Shown: positions 31,201 to 43,646 of the stretch, in pieces | How positions within the stretch are numbered: position 1 is the stretch's first letter | How the letters are laid out: each line of letters begins with the position of its first letter | Assembly (NCBI GenBank): GCA_023213395.1 | Contig: CM041465.1 | Location: 77,569,741-77,633,740, forward strand | Length of the DNA stretch: 64,000 bases | Reading direction: 5' to 3' | Source: Cycas panzhihuaensis | Taxonomy: Eukaryota > Plantae > Cycadophyta | The notes under the pieces: model-generated | What the model was told of the DNA's origin: nothing | Database searches by the model: none | What the model saw: only the letters and a program-made list of their open reading frames with translations | Program-made: the position numbers and the translations under genes

Positions 31201-32128
31201 TTTGTATTTCATGATCGTACCAAACATATAAATATGAAAGTCCACAAGATTAGAGAACTAGTTCATGATGGAACAATTCAACTAGAGTACTATCCCACAA
31301 TAGATCAAGTGGCTGATATCTTCACCAAACCACTGAAGAGGGTGAAGTTTAAATAGTTTCGAAAGCAACTCGGCTTTAGGGCCTCCATCTCTGATTGATT
31401 AAAGGAGATGACAATTAGATCATCATACTCAATCTCATTCATGAAAATCCCTTGTGGGCACAGAAGGACAAGAGTAAGTCTCTACTCTATCCCATTTGTG
31501 AAAACCCCTTGCAGGCACGAAAGGATAAGGGTTGTATCATTTTGGAAAATTAAACCTATAAAAACCTAAAAGGGCATGGGAGATGACTAAATGGTATATG
31601 GAGACTTAGTAGATTTTAGCTACAAAATTCATTGTACTGATTAGCTATCTAGTTTCATTTAAAGAGTTACCTGATCCAGGTTAGTAGATTAGAAAATCTG
31701 TGCATTTTCTTCCCCATGAGGTTTTCCCACAAAAGTGTCATAGTAGTTTGCTTTGTAAGAGGCTCACATGAAAACCTCATAGGATAGAATAAAATAGTAT
31801 GAAATGACCTTCCACGATTAAGGGGGAGATTGAAAAGGATTAATGTCACAAGGTCATTACATTAGTTGATTATTTCTTAAAAGGGTCTTAAGTGAATTTA
31901 ACATTAGATCACTTAAGTGAAATACACTTTCATGTGCATTATGTGTAATTTCATTTCACCTAACTCTAATGCTCCCTCTCTCAATATAAAAGTAAAAGCT
32001 CAATGGAGGAGGCTCATTCTTACCTCCCCATTTTGTGAGAGCTACTTTCTTTCTCTCAAGTCTCTCTTGCTCCCATATTTGTCTTTGTGTTTAGCGCATG
32101 GAGATGAAGGATAGATCCACTCTTTTCA
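28280..32128 (+). mobile_element. Ty1/Copia 3' half (pre-integrase, IN, RT, RNase H, PPT, 3' LTR)
   Basis: LWHAHMGHI...CEACI; integrase ORF 28726-29379 (KILKTDNGG, QQNRGVEC); RT KSLYGLKQAP and FVDD ~30447; RNase H HDRTKHI...DQVADIFTKPL to 31356; PPT TTAAGGGGGAGAT at 31818-31830; LTR 31831-32128 with 7-bp inverted termini TGAAAAG/CTTTTCA. Confidence 0.92.
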
Positions 32129-35070
32129 ACTAGTATCTTACCTTTCTCTATTCTTAAACTTGTTTATTTTATTATAGGCCCTATGCTTTAGGGTTGCATG
32201 TTGAAGAACTTTGTATTCCTATCCCCCTCTACCAACTAGAGTATCTTTGAATTTTGTCTCTAAAAGATTTCTTCCTTTGTCAAGACATACTCTAACTTTT
32301 TTAGGACTCTCTCTGATTAGTCTAGGACCTTGGATCTACCTTTCTCCTAAATATTCACCTCAATATCTTTTAGGTCCTTGATTATCTACTCCTTGGCTTC
32401 AAATATGTTTTCACAAATCTTTTTATTCTAATCTTTTACTTGTCTTTTCACCCAGTTTAATCTCTTTGAAAACCTATACATATCACAACCTTCTATTAGA
32501 ATCCTCTACCACTCCTTGATCTGATTCCTTAGGTCAACCTACTTCATCTACATAAGTTCAAAATGGAAAGGGGTTCCTATATATTTCTCTAAATTATTAA
32601 ATTCAAGCAGCTGAGGAGAATGGTCTGAAGCCACCTTGGGCAGGTCTTCCAACTTTACATAATTATGATTAGTTACCCATCTATATTTGATCAGAACCCT
32701 ATCCAGCTTAACCTGAATGTGATGGCTCCCCAATCTTCTATTTGTCTAAGTATATTTAGCACCCCAGAGTTGGACATCTATCAATCCTCCTATTTAGAGA
32801 AGGTCCCCCAAATCTAACATACTCTTTGTCCATCTCTCTTATCCCCTTTTTTTCTCCCCAGGGGACAAGGGCATATTAAGATCACTAGCCACTAACTAGG
32901 GCCCTTTCCAATCCTTATGGACCTCTAAAATCTTATCCCATAAGTCCTTCCTACCATCCACAAAGGTAGGGGTATATACATTTATAGCCAACCATCGAAG
33001 ATTTATCTTTTTGAGGATTAGCCATATAGAGAAAAAGTAATCATCCACAGCATAGACCTGCCCCTATTAGTTCTTTGGGTTCCAAAGGACTACCACACTA
33101 CCAAAACCTTAGCGACCATCCTTCGTTGCCATTTCCACATTCTTCCAGATCTTATTTTTAACCATAGATTTATTATTTGACTCTAGTTTTATCTGTACAT
33201 CCATTCTCTTACACAAGTCTTTCATTATCCTCTACTTTAGGGGAGCATTTATGCCCCTGTTGTTCCATGAAACCAACCTTGTTCATCTCTTTTCCTCAAC
33301 TCCCTTAATTTTGGTCCCTCACCCCCCTTCCCTAAGGGTGTTTGGGTCTACCAACTCTTTTTTCGCTACCCAAATCTGGTCCTCTTTGTTGGCTAGCCCT
33401 CGTCTACTTCTCCTGTGTATATTTTTCTTTGATTTGTCACATTTTATCTATATTCTTGGACCCATCCTATTTACCCGATGTAATCAGTCGCGCCTCTTGT
33501 TGAGGACTTTTAAGAATCTCTAGCTTTTATACTTTCACCCCCAACTTACTTATCCTCACAAGGTCCCCCCCTTAACCTCTTGACCTGTCGAGGGTCCTCC
33601 CCTTCTTCAAAAAGAGTATCCTTTTCTTCTAGGTTCATTGCCCTAGCGTCCACCATCATCCCCTCAACCTCTAAGGAGACATCTGGTCTATGATCTTGGA
33701 GCTAGTCTAATTTTTGCTTTCTTAAACCAGTAATCTCCTCTAGGGTATTAGAGGTTTTATCTAAGTTCAAAAATTTCTCTCCCTCCTTCATCCCTATCTC
33801 CATTTGCATATTGTGCATATTATATTGTCCAACTCATATACTAGACTCTAATCTCTGCTCCACCCTTCTGTTTCAATCTTTACCTTTTCCAAAAGACTTT
33901 TGTCTAATCTTGCCAGCACGCAAAATCTAGTATTAGTTAGCCTACTCTTACTCTTGGTAATATAGCCAATAGCTAGTAAGGGTCCGATGGCCTTCACCAC
34001 CCACTTTAGTAGTTCTAAATCCTACACTTGTAATGGGAGCTTGGGCATCTAAACCCAAATTGGGGCTTATTTTACTTTTGGTACTATCAGATCAAAATTT
34101 GAGTGTCATTTTTTTTTAAATATTGCTCTCCTACCCGACATCTAAGGAGATTTCAAAAGGGCATTAATCATGTATTCTTGGTATATGAGTTTAAATAAGA
34201 CATAATCCTTGGATAGTGCCATCACCTTTATCAGATTTTTAACATTCCACTTAATAACTAACCATTTTCTTATCATGTCTAGCCCTAGCTAGGGGTTTGC
34301 AAATCTTCCTACCAAGCTATTGTCCCAATACTTTTCTCTCTTCTCTATGAGTTTTCTTGGCATAAGTATATTTATGATTTCATTATGGTATATAGGGTTT
34401 ATATCATATGGGTCTGTTTCTCCCTTTCTAAGAGCCTCCAAGTAGAATCTTCTTGGAAGAGGGTCTTAAGTAATTTTTTGTGATATTAATTCACTTTTCT
34501 CCATTATAGAAATTATTCATCAAGCAACAAGACTTTTATTACAGATCTAAATAAAATAAAAAGCATTAGACTTTTAGAAAATTTGGGCTACTTACTTGAT
34601 CTCTTAATTCTGCCTCAGGTCTACATAGTCTATCGACCCCTCCTATCACATAGGTTCTTTCGAGTTTTAATATGCTCTCTAAATCTTTATTAGATTTTCA
34701 TGTGTTCATTTGGATCATCTATACTCTACAAATCCTCTCCTGAAACTTCGGTCCTTCAAATTTTATGGATGTCACCTTTCAATCTTTGCATGTATGTCTG
34801 ATAATATCTGTCAGGGGCATAAATCTATCCTTGCTCCATCTTGAACTAGCAAGAAAGGGATAGCGTCCCCCTTCCTAATGAATCTCGTCCATCTCCTTGT
34901 GCCATTGAAACTGCTCGCCCTTCTTCACTTTTCCTCGAGTCAATCTATGGAGTGATGCATCATGTAGAGTCTTGCTACTCGTAGAGGGGTAATTCTACCA
35001 TGCTTTCGTGTGATCTCCTATGCCAAAATCGACTGGTTACAGGCTGCCTTCGAAACCTTAGCAGAGCTCT
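32129..35070 (-). mobile_element. L1 LINE 5' half: ORF1 and APE endonuclease, decayed
   Basis: Minus strand: endonuclease SWNNRG at 33253-33270, INVY.P ~32975, SDLNMPL ~32880 (GDFN-like), KLDRVLI and SDHSP at 32548-32733; ORF1 PIWV*MPKLPL ~34030-34065. 5' boundary approximate. Confidence 0.85.
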
Positions 35071-35365
35071 TCAAAACACGTAGTATGTATTAATTAGAAT
35101 AGTTCAAACTAAATGTTTGCCATGCATAAGATGGTTGTTATAATAAAAAGATATTTTTATATATTCATTAGTTGCACTTTGTAATATTTAAATTGATTTT
35201 TGCTCTAGTTAGTCCATACACATTTAACACATCACATAAAAATAGGCAAGAACATAATACATTACCAATAGTATATCACTAACCATATTTCTATAATCTT
35301 CATCAATGACATAAATGCTTTGTTCTAAATTACATGAATTTCAATACTTGAAAATTAAATAAATG

Positions 35366-35385
35366 TATATATATATATATATATA

Positions 35386-35433
<48 letters not shown>
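35366..35433. repeat. (TA)n microsatellite
   Basis: Directly visible, with one interruption. Confidence 0.98.
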
Positions 35434-35438
<5 letters not shown>

Positions 35439-36756
35439 TCCCATTAGTATTTTTAGTAATGACAAGAAAAAAGGATAAAATGCTCTCATCTAAATTACAT
35501 GACTTTCAACGCTTTAGCAAATTCATGTACTATTATTTCCACCCATTTTCTATCTATTTAAATTCATGCTAATTGGTATCTAACTATTTGATTATAATAA
35601 AAGATAATAAAAATATTGATGGTGAATAATTATCTTGAAAATCAATGTGTTAGTTTGTAACCATTCCATCATTTATAAAGAAATTATTATTTAAAAAAGA
35701 TATTGTATGGTCATCAATAGAACCTTGTAGCACATAAATAAAAATTCATATATGATGTTCGGCATGTCAATCTGTATCTAAGCATTATCCAATGTACACT
35801 GCAATAACTCCACTATGCATAAGCTGGATGTTACAATAAAAAGAATGGTGGTTGTACAATTGCCAATCAAATTTTGTAATATGCATGACATTTTATTCTA
35901 CAAAACTAGGTGAAATTCTAAGCCCCTGTAGTTTCAATTTAGTTTTTAAAGGTGTAAATATTTGGCACTATTTTGAATTTAAACATTATTAAGAGCCATC
36001 TTTCATGTGACTTAAAGGACCATTTTGCATACACTAGTAGGGATCTTATCTTTTATGTGTTATCTAGAAATCTATGTTGTTTACTCTAGAGAGCTAGCTT
36101 ATCTTTCATACATGTTTTAGCAAACCACTTGTTTCTTCAATAAACTACAAAAATTCATATTTTTTATGTAATAAATGTGAAATCAAATCTATTTGCACAA
36201 CATATTATAGAGGTAAATGGTATGCACATTTATCCAAGGTGGCATTGCTATATGCATTAAATATTAATGTAGAATTTGTGTTTTCATAGAGGAACTTCTT
36301 CATGGTTACAACTCAATATGGTTATTGCAGGGTCCACTACAAATGAGCTTGTTAGCAAGTGCGAGAATATGTTCTTGAATGATCTTGTAGAAAGATGTTG
36401 TGTTTCTTTAAACCATTTGAGATTAAAACACATCTCTATTTTCTTTTAGATTGTTCAATCTCTATTCAAAATTGGGGTTTGGTGCCAAACCTTGTTCCAT
36501 AAAGATAATGTTCAAGGATTTAAACCAACTAGACCTTTTGAGTATGAGAATGCATGGCTTGCATGGCACTCTAGAGTAACAGCATGGTGCTATTGATAAT
36601 GTCCAAGGATTTAAAACCGATGGAGGATGATGTGTTGGTATTTATTTTGACCATTTGACCTAAGGGTTACCAATGTTGGACTTTGGATTTAGAATTTTGT
36701 TGATTATAGTAGCTTTATCAACGTTCTTTATGGTAATGTGCTTTAGCCTTTAGCAG

Positions 36757-37015
36757 GTAGGAGTTCGGGGTATGAAACCTCAACAGCTGGTTGGCTGATG
36801 TCAATATTGGAGAGAATGACTTATGGCGTTTGAGTGGCCATTCAAATTTTGCTAATTCTGTTTAGGGTTGCATAGTTAAAGTTGGTATTCTGATTCAAAT
36901 GCAACTAAAACTCTATTACTCTCAAAATGAGAAAAAATGTGGCCATTTTTTGATAGTTTTCCTCTTTTTTAAGGTTGAATTACAGATCGTTAACTGTTGT
37001 CGCCGCATCTTGAAG
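36757..37015 (+). CDS. Tentative upstream micro-exons of the host gene: 36757-36789 (VGVRGMKPQQL) and 36974 (or 36986)-37015 (VELQIVNCCRRILK)
   Basis: Acceptors ttagcag| and tttttaag| (or ttacag|); donors |gttggc and non-canonical aag|gcacat; both phase 0 and in frame with 37137; CpG retained locally. Confidence 0.4.
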
Positions 37016-37136
37016 GCACATTTGCAGGATATCATAAATTGTGGATTTGCATTTTATTTGACATTTTACATCTTGTAGACTGACAATGGGTGTGCTACCA
37101 GTTACAGTTCTTAATTTGTTTTCATACTTTTTGCAG

Positions 37137-38167
37137 CTTGTAATTGCTAACTTCCAACCCGGGACAAGATACTATCCATTTTTCAGCCAGGTAAGTGAAT
37201 TCTAGCAATAATTTGATAAGATTAAGGTCCATTACAGATGTTGTTCTGAATGGAATGCATTGTAGGCACATACTCGCGAGGGTAGAGAAGTAGGAGATCA
37301 AATCAGATCCGCCATTGCTGAAATTAAAGAAGCGCTACATTTCGAGTCCATGAGTGATGTTCACCATGCTGTAATACAACAAGCAAGGAGATCAAGATAC
37401 CTTCTTCATTGTGAAAAAGAATTGGGAGAGTTGGTTGATGCTCTCAAATGTGGAACTGGTGGAAAGGTATTGTATATCATAACCTTCATATATGAATTTC
37501 TTGCTCGCTGTGAGCAAAGGATCAGTAAAGTAAGCACTCAAAATGACTAAGAATATATGATTAGGAAAAGATCTGAGAGACATAACAATTGTTTTAATTG
37601 AAAATGTAAGAAAGCACTTGTTGGGAACTTTTGTCCAGAACATACATGACAGAGTCCTAAAGGCGAGAAGAACTGTGTTGGCTTGCAATTTTGACGATTC
37701 TACAAAGAAGCAGACGGAAGTCTATAAACAAGCTTTGGTGACAATGATAGAGGGAGCCAGAAAATTGTTATCAAAACTTCATCCCAAGGTACAGCCACCA
37801 TGGCAAACCTTTGATAAATATGTTAAGGGATCATATTGTGTACTAGTCAGAGTATTTAACGCTGTGCACCAAAGTTTGAATGACTTCATTTTTTGTTCGA
37901 GATTGTGTCCATAACCATGTAAATGATCTTGTTCTTATGACATAGGTCGAGGATAAGTCTGTGTTTACAATGGAAGAAGGGCTGTCCAATGCTCTCAAGG
38001 TTAGTCATTTCGATCTTTCTTACTGCCACTTCATACATTTTGGTAAATAAATTAAACTAACCTAGTGTTCCGAAGAAGTAGGGCTTTCGAATTTCTGTCG
38101 TGTCGGCATAGAATTTTTTCAGGAATCGTTGGACTGCCAAGAGGACCATGGAGTCCTACGGAATTGA
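37137..38167 (+). CDS. 3' exons of a spliced host gene, uncharacterised alpha-helical protein; exons 37137-37190, 37266-37466, 37639-37788, 37946-37999, 38123-38167 (stop)
   Basis: Four GT-AG introns (gtaagt..tgtag, gtattg..tccag, gtacag..catag, gttagt..ttcag), all phase 0, give a stop-free 167-aa frame: LVIANFQPGTRYYPFFSQ/AHTREGREVGDQIRSAIAEIKEALHFESMSDVHHAVIQQARRSRYLLHCEKELGELVDALKCGTGGK/NIHDRVLKARRTVLACNFDDSTKKQTEVYKQALVTMIEGARKLLSKLHPK/VEDKSVFTMEEGLSNALK/ESLDCQEDHGVLRN*. GC is higher and CpG is retained compared with the TE background. Confidence 0.8.
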
Positions 38168-38339
38168 CTCAAGTCAAAAAGAGCCATGAAAATATTTATC
38201 CAAATTTATATTGGTGGAAAAATTAAACATAGGAGCTTTGTTATTGCTGTCATGTATTTATTTTCTCGTAAGCAATCATTGATTAATCCAACTTACAGTT
38301 CAACAGTCATTGGAAAATGTCTTGGCAAGCACCCCCCCC

Positions 38340-41300
38340 TTCTATTGGAGGAGATATAGCCTTTTGTCTTCTCAATGGGCTTTATTTCACAACAAAATAG
38401 AAATTTAGTTCAAAATTTTCTGAAACCCTAGAAACCTAGATCCCAAACTTTGTGAACCTTGGAAACCTAGCTCCCTAGCTTTCTAATCTCATTACTACCT
38501 TATAGACTCTTCTTCATGCTAAATTTAATTATGTCTAGATGTCCTAATATTAAGAGATGCAAAAATGCTCTAGTTTGTAATTTTCTTTTATGACCGACTC
38601 TAATTAATTTTATTTCTATATATTTGGTCTTCTATGAAGCATTTTCTCTATTATAATTTGGATTGAATTGATTTTGACTTTTAGCAATTAGTCCTCACTA
38701 TCTACAAGATGAAACACAATTGATATTTTAGGGAAAATATGGTGTATCTATTTTGAATTTATTTCAACTTCCAATGTCTTGTCCTCATTGCCTATGAAAC
38801 AAAACATGGTTGAAATTATAAGAAAAATGTGGTGTACGTTTTTCCCAACTGTGATCTAATATTGGCAGGATCAATGTTTTTGTGTTTAGTAGAATCGAAT
38901 GTGAAAATTTGTCTCATGGATTTTGCCTATCCAAGAAACCTTGAAGGTTGTATTTGTGCTCTAAAATGTTATTGTAGGTTATTGAAATTCCAATGCATTT
39001 GCATCTTTTACAGTTCACTAATCTCTATCGATATAATTATTAATTTTCCCTATATTGCAAACATGGTATGTCATATTGTAGTGCATCTCTTTCATAATCT
39101 AAAAATCCATATATCTGGATCATAATCTAAGTCTAAAGACATTCTTATCTATTTGTAGGAAGTATTACAATGGATGCATGAGATAAGAATGAGACGTGCA
39201 AAGGAGCAACATGCATGGTTGCATGATACATGTGTTATGGTAATGGAAAAGAGAAAACAAAATATTCATGTTCTACATGATTCAAATGAGTTGCATGAGA
39301 ACCAAACATCTTCAAACAATGATAGTTATGATTAATCTAGTTATAATGTGTTTATTTATATGAACAATATTAAGCACGTAGTTATATCTTTTCCATTTTA
39401 CTTCCCAACAAAGAGAAGAATGATGATCTAGTTGTTGGAGCATCACATCTAATGAAAAAACTATAGGTTTCATAGGTTTGTGCCTGGAATGGAATCTTGA
39501 ATATTTATAAATTCTTATCACAGATAATAAGCATTTGATACATTTTTTGGGATTGTCTGGTGTTATAGAGCTTGAATTTAAACAAATGTGATGGTAAAAT
39601 GCATATCTTATTATCCCATAGGTTCAATCAAAAGTACTATATCATAAAGGTATGCGACTAGTATCATAACTATAATATTGGATATATTAGTGGATACTTT
39701 AATATTATGGGTAAAATTATGCATTGGCAAAATATGCCTATAGATATTCATTTCATATTTGTGTCATTATGTATTTGCATTCAATGTAGATTTCTAAATC
39801 TCTTAGAATATTCAAATTTGTTCCCCATATCATTCTTTAATATCTCATAATAATAGTTGTAAACAAGAACTTCTTTATCAACCTACACATTTAGAATTGA
39901 GTTACGTGAGAACCAAACATCTTGAAACTGTGATAGTTATGAATAATCTAGTTATAATGTGTTTATTTATATGAACAATATTAAGCATGTAGTTATATCT
40001 TTTCCATTTTACATCCAAGTAAAGAGAAGAATGATGATCTAGTTGTTGAAGTATCACATCTAATGAGAAAACCATAAGTTTCATAGGTTTGAGCCTAGAT
40101 TGGAATATTGAATATTTATAAATTCTTATCACAGATAATAAGCATTTGATACATTTTTTGGGATTGTCTAGTGTTATAGAGCTTGAATTTAAGCAAAAGT
40201 GATGGTAAAATGTATATCTTATTGTCCAATAGGTTTAATCAAAAGTACTATATCATAAAGGCATGCAACTAGTACCATAACTATAATATTGGATATATTA
40301 GTGGATGGTTTAAGATTATGGGTATTATTATGCAATAACAAAATGTGCTTATAGATATTCATTGCATATTTATATCAATATGTATTTGCATTCCATGTAG
40401 ATTTCTAAATCTCTTAGAATATTCAAATTTATTCTCCATATCCTTCTTTAATATCTCACAATAATGGTTTTTAACTTGTAATAGTCATGGCATAGTTATA
40501 AACAAGAACTTCTGTATCAAACTACACATTTAGATTTGAGTTGCATGAGAACCAAATATCTTCAAACTATTATAATTATGATTAATTTGGTTATAATGTG
40601 TTTTATTTATATGAACAATATTAAGCACTTAGTTATATCTTTTATATTTTATTTCCAAGCAAAGAGAAGAATGATGATCTAGTTGTTGAAGTATAACATC
40701 TAATGAGAAAACCATAGGTTTGAGCTTGGAATGGAATCTTGAATATTTATAAATTCTTATCATAGATAATAACCATTTGATATATCTTTTGGGATTGGCT
40801 AGTGTTATAGAGCTTGAATTTAAACAAATGTGATGGTAAAATGCATATCCTATTGTCCCATAGGTTTAATCAAAAGTACTATATCATAAAGGTATGCAAC
40901 TAGTATTATAACTATAATATTAGATATATTAGTGGGTGCTTTAAGATTATGGGTAAAATTATACATTAACAAAATGTGCCTATAGATATTCATTGCATAT
41001 TTGTGTCATTATGTATTTGAATTCCATGTAGATTTCTAAATCTTGTAGAATATTCAAAATTATTACCCAGATCATTCTTTAATATCTCACAATAATGGTT
41101 TTTAACTTATAATAGTCATAGATAATAAGCATTTGATATATTTTTGGGGATTGCCTAGTGTTATAGAACTTGAATTTAAACAAATGTGATGGTCAAATGC
41201 ATATCTTACTGTCCCATAGGTTTCATCAAAACTATTATATCATAAAGTTATGCAACTAGTATCATAACTATAATATTAGATATATTAGTAGGTGCTTTAA

Positions 41301-43646
41301 GATTATAGGTTAAATTATACATTAACAAAATGTGCCTATAGATATTCATTGCATATTTGCATCATTATGTATTTGCATTCCATGTAGATTTCTAAATCTC
41401 TTAGAATATTCAAATTTATTCCCCAAATCATTCTTTAACATCTCACAATAATGGTTTTTAACTTATAATAGTCATAGATAATAAGCATTTAATATATTTT
41501 TTGGGATTGGATAGTGTTATAGAGCTTGAATTTAAACAAATGTGATGGTAAAATGCATATCTTATTGTCCCATAGGTTTAATCAAAACTATTATATCATA
41601 AAGTTATGCAACTAGTATCATAACTATAATATTAGATATATTAGTGGGTGCTTTAAGATTATGGGTAAAATTATACATTAACAAAATGTGCTTATAGATA
41701 TTCATTGCATATTTGCATCATTATGTATTTGCATTCCATGTGGATTTCTAAATCTCTTAGAATAGTCAAATTTATTCCCCGTATCATTCTTTAATATCTC
41801 ACAATAATGGTTTTTAACTTGTAATAGTCATGGCATAGTTGCAAACAAGAACTTCTTTATCAAACTATATATTTAGAATTGCTTTTAGTTTGAAGATCTT
41901 AAAATCATAAAGGTATATAAGAAGCAACATAGGTATAATATTATGCATATTCATGGGTCTTTTAATAAGAATTAGGATAAAAGTCAATAGTTGTTTGTAC
42001 ATTAATTAACAAAATGTACCTACAAATATTCACTATGTATATGCATTGCACCTACATTAATGCACATCTTATAATATTCAAATTAGTTCCTAATATAGTT
42101 CTCTAAAATTTCACATGTATGGTTGTTAACTTAAAATATCTGTGGCATAGTGCTTTGTAAGAACCACTTAAATGTCTAATTATAGATTTAGGTACAATCC
42201 AAAACTGCCATCATGGGTATCTAAGTAATGGGTGTATATATTAGAGGTGGATTTTTTAATTATAAGAAATTATATTAATATCTAAAGTGCAAAGTCCATT
42301 GGTATAAGATGATATAGAATAATGGAAATGAAATGACTCTATGATAGTCTTTGAATTGACACCACACAAATTGCATTCTATAAGAGATTGGGCTATTAGA
42401 GGGGGGCTTTCTTTTATAAAGTATAAGAAATTATATCACAATATTAGTTGAATGGCAGAAATAATACAAAATTATTTCTCCAATTGAATGGTAAGAGCTA
42501 TAGGAATGCAATACTCATTATTCTAATCTAGATGTTAGAAGTTATTTGTTATTGTTTCATCATTTTAAGTGTTATTAATTCTATTGTGTTATTGACCTAC
42601 CTTATAATTTACGATAAAGATAATTTGATTTGGCTTCTTATAATATACAAAATTCACGATTCACTAATTAAGGTCATTTAACTATCATAATGGTAGCATA
42701 CTCATAGTGCATGTTTTGCCATTTACACATTTAAAGAAAATTTGTATTAATATAAAAGGATAAAAAGTACATTGAGTATAAGTCAATATTATATGTAGAA
42801 ATTTTAGGATGAAAAGCCATCATGTGTATAAAAAAATAAGTAAACATGAGTATCAACAATCTAGGTATAAAAAATTATGGAGGATGGTTGAATACCATTA
42901 TGGAATGGTCCAATACTAAAGAGTAATGGTAAGGCAAAAGTTTTTAAACATTAATGAGGAATACCAAAACATCAATAAAATAATGATTATCAATGGTTCA
43001 AATTATGAGTAGAGTTAATCAAGGAATTAGTTTAAGATTGATTAATCATTCTAATAATATCTTGTTAAGAATAGTCATAAGTATGATCAATTGATATATT
43101 CCTTCAACCACCACACCTATTAAGATGGTTAAAAGAGATATTCTATCCAATATGACAATTGAGTGTCATAATTTATCAAGTATTTAATGCAATTAAGTTG
43201 TGTGTGAAATTAAGTATTAATGTGTGCTCCTTATAGTTATGTGTGTTATACATATGTTAATGGCATGTTTTATGAGTCCTTTCGTGTGTATAAGCATTCC
43301 ATGCAATATTATTCTAACCATTCTACTATTATTAGTCCTTAGGATGAGTGCATTTGTGATTATAATTAGTTAATAATACAATCTAGAATATCCTTGGAAA
43401 ATTTAGAGTGTTGGCCATTAGCAAATATTAATAAACAGATATAAAATAATGGAAATGAAATAACACTTATGAACTAATAATAGAAAATTTATATTTTTTA
43501 CTTGAATATTCATAGTTAAAATAATAAAATGCTTATGTTATTTTGATATTGTTGTATTATGAAGATGCTTATTATTCATAATATATAAATGTAGCAATTC
43601 TAAAAGTGCCAAATAACTTATTGCCTTACAATCTACAATAAGCGCA
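38340..43646 (+). mobile_element. Probable Helitron-like relic (N-terminal/DUF6570-like region); boundaries uncertain
   Basis: Decayed frame FTIH*LRSFNYHNGSILIVHVLP...ICINIK at 42653-42760, then EYKS (42774) and NFR (~42800). This resembles the F..I.QL...GSI.NVP...LP...KR.LEYKS....NVR motif order that I recall upstream of Helitron RepHel. No Rep or helicase motifs seen. Confidence 0.5.
39288..41881 (+). repeat. Two-level tandem array: long units start at 39288, 39899, 40538 (611 and 639 bp spacing); 356-bp subunit repeated at 40760, 41116, 41472
   Basis: Recurrent anchors gagttgcatgagaaccaaa and agataataagcatttgat; a more degenerate partial copy follows at ~41900-42160. Confidence 0.95.

Noticed and set aside
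32129-32138. ACTAGTATC after the LTR looks like a decayed PBS (TGGTATCA)
   Set aside because: The LTR is preceded by a PPT and RNase H, so it is a 3' LTR; the bases read as LINE ORF2 on the minus strand (SLRIEKGKIL).
36331-36390. Additional upstream exon (STTNEL...)
   Set aside because: Good acceptor but several possible donors (gttagc, gtgcga, gtagaa); it cannot be delimited, so it is not listed as a feature.
37565-37638. Longer exon using the acceptor at 37564 (GKDLRDITIVLIENVRKH...)
   Set aside because: It needs a phase-1 donor; the strong donor at 37466 is phase 0 and would give an immediate stop. The acceptor at 37638 fits. Alternative use is not excluded.
39312-40132. Duplicated minus-strand ORFs MIRIYKYS... 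as paralogous small genes
   Set aside because: They are copies of the tandem unit; the third copy has an indel and no equivalent ORF.
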